64,000 bases of DNA. Source: Acidobacteriota bacterium. GTDB lineage: Bacteria > Acidobacteriota > UBA6911. Below the pieces are notes generated by a model that was given only the letters and a program-made list of their open reading frames with translations, was not told the origin of the DNA and made no database searches. The number at the start of each line of letters is the position of its first letter. The first letter of the stretch is position 1. Made by a program: the position numbers and the translations under genes. This document shows positions 59,519-64,000 of this stretch, piece after piece. The stretch covers positions 6,080,001 through 6,144,000 of the forward strand of contig OY761556.1 of NCBI GenBank assembly GCA_963664705.1, read 5' to 3'.

Positions 59519-60913
59519 TTAGTCCAATTTTTTCATTTGTATACGGACACAGTCGACCGAGCCGGACTTTGCCTCGAACCCGCGTGCAGGCCGGAAACCC
59601 GGGACCCACAACACTTTACTTTCATATACAACCATCGGCAGGGTGGCTCGGGCGGATACCGGAATTTTATGGTCAATCAGCATCTTCTTGACCTTCCGAT
59701 GACCCGGTCCTCCATAGCGGTCGCCCGGTATTCGGGACCTTATGGCCAATTTTCCGGGTATGGCGGAGATCTCGAAAAACGCCTGCATGCTGCAGGTCGC
59801 CTGCATTGCTTCCGGGTCCGGCCTCGCCGTAACCGTAGCAGTGAATTCAGCCTGGGATTCCGGTATCGAGCAGCGTCCCGGGATAGTCAGGTCATAGGTA
59901 AATGCCGTTTCCGGCGGAATCGGTGTGTTCCTGATCAGAATCCCGTCGAATTCCCTCACGGCAGTGCACCCGTGCGGCAGGTGGACTTGCGCGCCACTCT
60001 GCTCTTCCTGCATGAGATCCAGGATGCTGAGGATGTGAACCGCACCGATGCTGCGCAGAGATCCCTGGCAATGTCGAATGGCCAGCCGGATCACCTCCCT
60101 TTGCATAGCCGGATGGATCTTCCGAAGATCGGCCAGGTTCAGCGAAATTCCGTCTTTCTTTTGAGTGTGAATTGACGCAAACAGACCTTGAGCGTGCGAT
60201 TCAATAAAGGACCAGGTTTCACGCGCAAGCATGGATTGCCGTGCCAGGGTGGGGATCAACTGCGGATTGAAATTTTCCTCCAGCATGGGAACTACTTCGT
60301 GGCGCAAACGGTTCCTTGAATACCGGACGTCGCTGTTGGTGGAATCCTCACGGTAGGGTGCATTTTCCGCAGACAGGTATTCGAGGATTGATCCGCGGGA
60401 ACACTCCAGCAGCGGGCGAATGATAAGCCCATCCATAACCGGGTGAATGGCGGAGAGCCCTTCGATCCCGCTGCCCCGGATAAACCGGAAAAGGGCGGTC
60501 TCAGCCTGGTCATTCATGGTGTGTCCCACCGCGATCTTTCCCGCCTTGACGTCGCGGGCGCTCCGCTTCAGGAATTCGTAGCGCTTTTCGCGGGCAATCT
60601 CCTCCAGATTTCTTTTTTCGGAGACCGCTATTTCCTTGATGTTGATGGATTCCGAGATATACGAGAGATTCAGCCGGGAACTCAGGCGCCGTACAAATTC
60701 CTCGTCGGCAATCGCCTCCATTCCCCTGATGCCGTGATTCAGATGGGCAACAGTCAAAGTCAGGCTCAATTCAGAAGCGAGTTTATGGAGGCAGAGCAGA
60801 AGGGCCACCGAATCCGGACCTCCCGAGACGGCAACCAAAACGGACTCGCCGCCGGCAAGCATCCCGAATCGCTGGATAGTGGTTCGAACGCGGAGTTCCA
60901 GGGTGTTCAGCAT
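59519..60913 (-). CDS. tilS: tRNA(Ile)-lysidine synthetase
   Basis: 'AVSGGPDS', 'HLNHGIR', 'AREKRY', 'HTMNDQAET', 'IRPLL', 'DSTN..RNRLR'. Confidence 0.96.
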   Translation of the reverse strand: MLNTLELRVRTTIQRFGMLAGGESVLVAVSGGPDSVALLLCLHKLASELSLTLTVAHLNHGIRGMEAIADEEFVRRLSSRLNLSYISESINIKEIAVSEKRNLEEIAREKRYEFLKRSARDVKAGKIAVGHTMNDQAETALFRFIRGSGIEGLSAIHPVMDGLIIRPLLECSRGSILEYLSAENAPYREDSTNSDVRYSRNRLRHEVVPMLEENFNPQLIPTLARQSMLARETWSFIESHAQGLFASIHTQKKDGISLNLADLRKIHPAMQREVIRLAIRHCQGSLRSIGAVHILSILDLMQEEQSGAQVHLPHGCTAVREFDGILIRNTPIPPETAFTYDLTIPGRCSIPESQAEFTATVTARPDPEAMQATCSMQAFFEISAIPGKLAIRSRIPGDRYGGPGHRKVKKMLIDHKIPVSARATLPMVVYESKVLWVPGFRPARGFEAKSGSVDCVRIQMKKLD

Positions 60914-61234
60914 TTTCCACTAATACCACAAAGACCTTTGCTTTTCTGCAGTTTATTCAGGTACGGATCCATGCAGGTATCATTTGTCGTTGAAGCCAGG
61001 GAATCGGGTGCCATTTGCGCAATGCCCTGCGGAAGGGACGGCAGCATAATTGCGACCAGCCCTGTCGCCGTGACCGGCATGACCGCACCGTTTTGAGGCG
61101 GGCTTTCGTCATCTGTCGGGCGCTTATTCAGTGCGGTCATTTTCCAGGAACTTCAAGGTTTGGGCTGCCGCATGATCCATGATAGTTGTGTTATAATCGA
61201 CAACTCTCGAGTGTTTCCGGCCAAAGGAGGATCA

Positions 61235-62206
61235 ATGGCTTTCCCAATAACGCGTCCAAGACGGCTTCGCATGAATGCCAATGTTCGGGACATGGTTCGC
61301 GAAACGCGTCTATCGCCCGAGCAGATGATTTATCCACTATTTGTCTGTCCCGGGATGGGAGTGAAGAAAGAGATCTCCTCAATGCCTGGCAACTATCAGT
61401 GGTCCATTGACCTTCTGGTGGAAGAGGTTCGTTCTGTCAAGGCGCTGGGGATCGGCGGGATTCTCCTGTTTGGAATTCCCGAGCGGAAGGATGACCATGG
61501 CACCGGTGCTTATGATGAACACGGCATTGTTCAGGACGCGGTTCGTGCACTGAAAAGCGCGGTAAAAGATCTCCTGGTAATTACCGATGTTTGCCTTTGC
61601 GAATATACCGCCAATGGTCACTGCGGGCTTGTCTCCGGCGAGGAAATCCTCAATGATCCCAGCCTTGATCTGCTTGCCAGGGCAGCACTGGCGCAAGCCA
61701 AAGCCGGCGCCGATATTGTGGCTCCATCCGATATGATGGATGGAAGAGTGGGAGCCATACGAAAGCGCCTGGACGAGAATGGATTTGTGAATATCCCGAT
61801 CCTGTCGTATGCCGTGAAATATGCATCGGGGTATTATGGACCCTTCAGGGAGGCTGCGGAGTCCGCCCCTGCCTTCGGCGACCGGCGCAGTCACCAGATG
61901 GATCCGGCGAATGCCCTGGAGGCCTTGCGGGAAGTAGACCTTGATATCGAGGAAGGGGCTGACATCATTATGGTGAAGCCTGCCGGTCCTTACCTGGATA
62001 TTATCCGGATGCTGAAGGATCGATATCCGGTTCCCATTGCCGCATATCAGGTCAGTGGAGAGTATTCCGCGCTGGTCGCCGCCGGGCGCCTGGGATGGCT
62101 TGATCTTCCGCGCACCATGATGGAGTCTCTGATCGGGATCAGGCGCGCCGGTGCGGACATTATCTTCACTTATTTTGCAAAAGATGCAGCAGCGGTTTTG
62201 GGATAA
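61235..62206 (+). CDS. hemB: Porphobilinogen synthase (Zn-type)
   Basis: 'RPRRLR', '[14 protein letters not shown]', '[10 protein letters not shown]', 'MVKP', 'AYQVSGEY'. AGGAGG RBS. Confidence 0.97.
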   Translation: MAFPITRPRRLRMNANVRDMVRETRLSPEQMIYPLFVCPGMGVKKEISSMPGNYQWSIDLLVEEVRSVKALGIGGILLFGIPERKDDHGTGAYDEHGIVQDAVRALKSAVKDLLVITDVCLCEYTANGHCGLVSGEEILNDPSLDLLARAALAQAKAGADIVAPSDMMDGRVGAIRKRLDENGFVNIPILSYAVKYASGYYGPFREAAESAPAFGDRRSHQMDPANALEALREVDLDIEEGADIIMVKPAGPYLDIIRMLKDRYPVPIAAYQVSGEYSALVAAGRLGWLDLPRTMMESLIGIRRAGADIIFTYFAKDAAAVLG

Positions 62207-62223
62207 ACATAGAACCTAGTTGA

Positions 62224-62260
62224 TCTGGAATCTGATATCCGGAATTTGAAATCCGAAATT
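62224..62260. repeat. Degenerate heptamer repeat (TCTGGAA-type)
   Basis: TCTGGAA TCTGATA TCCGGAA TTTGAAA TCCGAAA, the same type as inside the composite repeats. Confidence 0.55.
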
Positions 62261-62275
62261 CCCATGGGAGCTACC

Positions 62276-63562
62276 GTGAACCGACGATCAAAGACCCTGT
62301 TTTCGCGTGCCCAGAAATTGATACCCGGCGGAGTGAACAGTCCTGTTCGCGCTTTCCGCAGCGTTGGCGGCGAACCGCGCTTTATCCAGTCCGGCAAGGG
62401 AAGTCATGTAACCGATGTGGATGGACAATCCTATATCGACTATCTGGGTTCCTGGGGGCCGCTGATTCTCGGTCACTGTCCATCCAAGGTCCAGGCCGCT
62501 TTGCGGAGCCAGATTGCGCTGGGGACCAGTTTCGGGGCTACCACGGAGAATGAGGTCGTCATCGCGGAAATGGTTACCAAAGCGTTCTCGTCCATCGAGA
62601 AGGTGCGCCTGGTCAATTCAGGGACCGAGGCGACCATGAGTGCGATCCGGCTGGCGCGGGCTTTTACCGGCCGCAACAAGATCATCAAGTTTGACGGCTG
62701 CTACCACGGACACGTGGATAGTCTGCTGGTGAAAGCGGGTTCCGGGATTGCTACCCTGGGCTTGCCGGATAGCGCGGGCGTTCAGCCGCAGGATTGCAGT
62801 TCCACATTTTCGGTGCCATACAACGACGCGGATATGGTGCAGCATGTTCTCGAGGAGAATCGCGCGGAAGTGGCTGCCGTGATTATTGAACCCATTGCCG
62901 GCAATATGGGGACGGTGCTGCCCGCGAAGGGATTTCTTCAGAGGTTGAGGAAACTGACGCGTGAGCATGGGGCGCTGCTGATATTTGACGAGGTGATCAC
63001 CGGTTTCCGCCTGTCCTACGGAGGAGCCCAGGAACTGTTGAATATCAAGCCGGACCTGACTTGTCTCGGGAAGATTATTGGCGGCGGGTTGCCGGTAGGT
63101 GCCTACGGCGGGCATCGGGAGATCATGAAATGGATCGCCCCGGAAGGCCCTGTCTATCAGGCGGGTACGCTTTCGGGCAATCCACTGGCTGTCGCGGCAG
63201 GCATCGCGGCGTTGGGAGCTTTGAAACAGCCCGGGATCTACAAGAAACTCGAAAGCATGACGCTGGAGCTGACTGCAGGGTTGCAGAAGGCCGCGGAAGA
63301 AGCCGGGGTGCCTGTTCAGATCAACCAGATCGGCTCCATGTTCACGGTGTTCTTCACCCCTACGCCTGTGACTGATTTTCAGACGGCAAAGACCTGCAAC
63401 ACGGCAAGCTATGGAAAATTTTTCCATTCACTGCTGGATCAGGGAGTTTATTTTCCCCCCTCGCAATTCGAAACCTGCTTTATATCGCTGGCGCACAGCA
63501 GGGCGGATATCAAGGCGACCATTCAAGCCGCCAGAGTGGCATTCAAAGCCGCGCTGCGGTAG
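62276..63562 (+). CDS. hemL: Glutamate-1-semialdehyde 2,1-aminomutase
   Basis: 'PGGVNSPVRAF', 'SWGPLILGH', 'NSGTEATMSAIRLAR', 'FDEVITGFR', 'GKIIGGGLPVG'. GTG start after GGGAG (alternative ATG at 62264). Confidence 0.97.
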   Translation: MNRRSKTLFSRAQKLIPGGVNSPVRAFRSVGGEPRFIQSGKGSHVTDVDGQSYIDYLGSWGPLILGHCPSKVQAALRSQIALGTSFGATTENEVVIAEMVTKAFSSIEKVRLVNSGTEATMSAIRLARAFTGRNKIIKFDGCYHGHVDSLLVKAGSGIATLGLPDSAGVQPQDCSSTFSVPYNDADMVQHVLEENRAEVAAVIIEPIAGNMGTVLPAKGFLQRLRKLTREHGALLIFDEVITGFRLSYGGAQELLNIKPDLTCLGKIIGGGLPVGAYGGHREIMKWIAPEGPVYQAGTLSGNPLAVAAGIAALGALKQPGIYKKLESMTLELTAGLQKAAEEAGVPVQINQIGSMFTVFFTPTPVTDFQTAKTCNTASYGKFFHSLLDQGVYFPPSQFETCFISLAHSRADIKATIQAARVAFKAALR

Positions 63563-63586
63563 ATGCCCAAAGTCCGAGGCCGGGAG

Positions 63587-64000
<414 letters not shown>

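Noticed and set aside
60907-61140. 77-aa ORF upstream of tilS
   Set aside because: No clear RBS or motif, and it lies in a divergent promoter region.

Overview
A 64-kb stretch of bacterial chromosome, most likely from an Acidobacteriota member (inference from the Oar-type TonB receptor, long Gly-rich TolC pair and cdaA-cdaR after ftsH-folP). It holds about 42 CDS: housekeeping genes (cimA, ilvC, serC, gltBD, mfd, cdaA/cdaR, folP, ftsH, tilS, hemB, hemL), a polyamine operon, two molybdo-hydroxylase loci and an uncharacterised CoA-dependent catabolic cluster. The main find is an apparently intact IS110-family, IS1111-type element (15351-16894). It has 15-bp subterminal inverted repeats, an AG core at both ends, a promoter formed only at the circle junction, and a ~185-nt structured 3' ncRNA. 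That RNA contains readable guide segments matching both the reconstructed insertion site and the element's own junction, as expected of a bridge/seek RNA, and the target is a REP-like palindrome. The second find is an unannotated Ile-rich leader peptide with terminator and antiterminator upstream of citramalate synthase. Several dispersed REP-like and heptamer repeat families are also present. No rRNA, tRNA or CRISPR array was recognised. All calls were made by eye, with no database searches.
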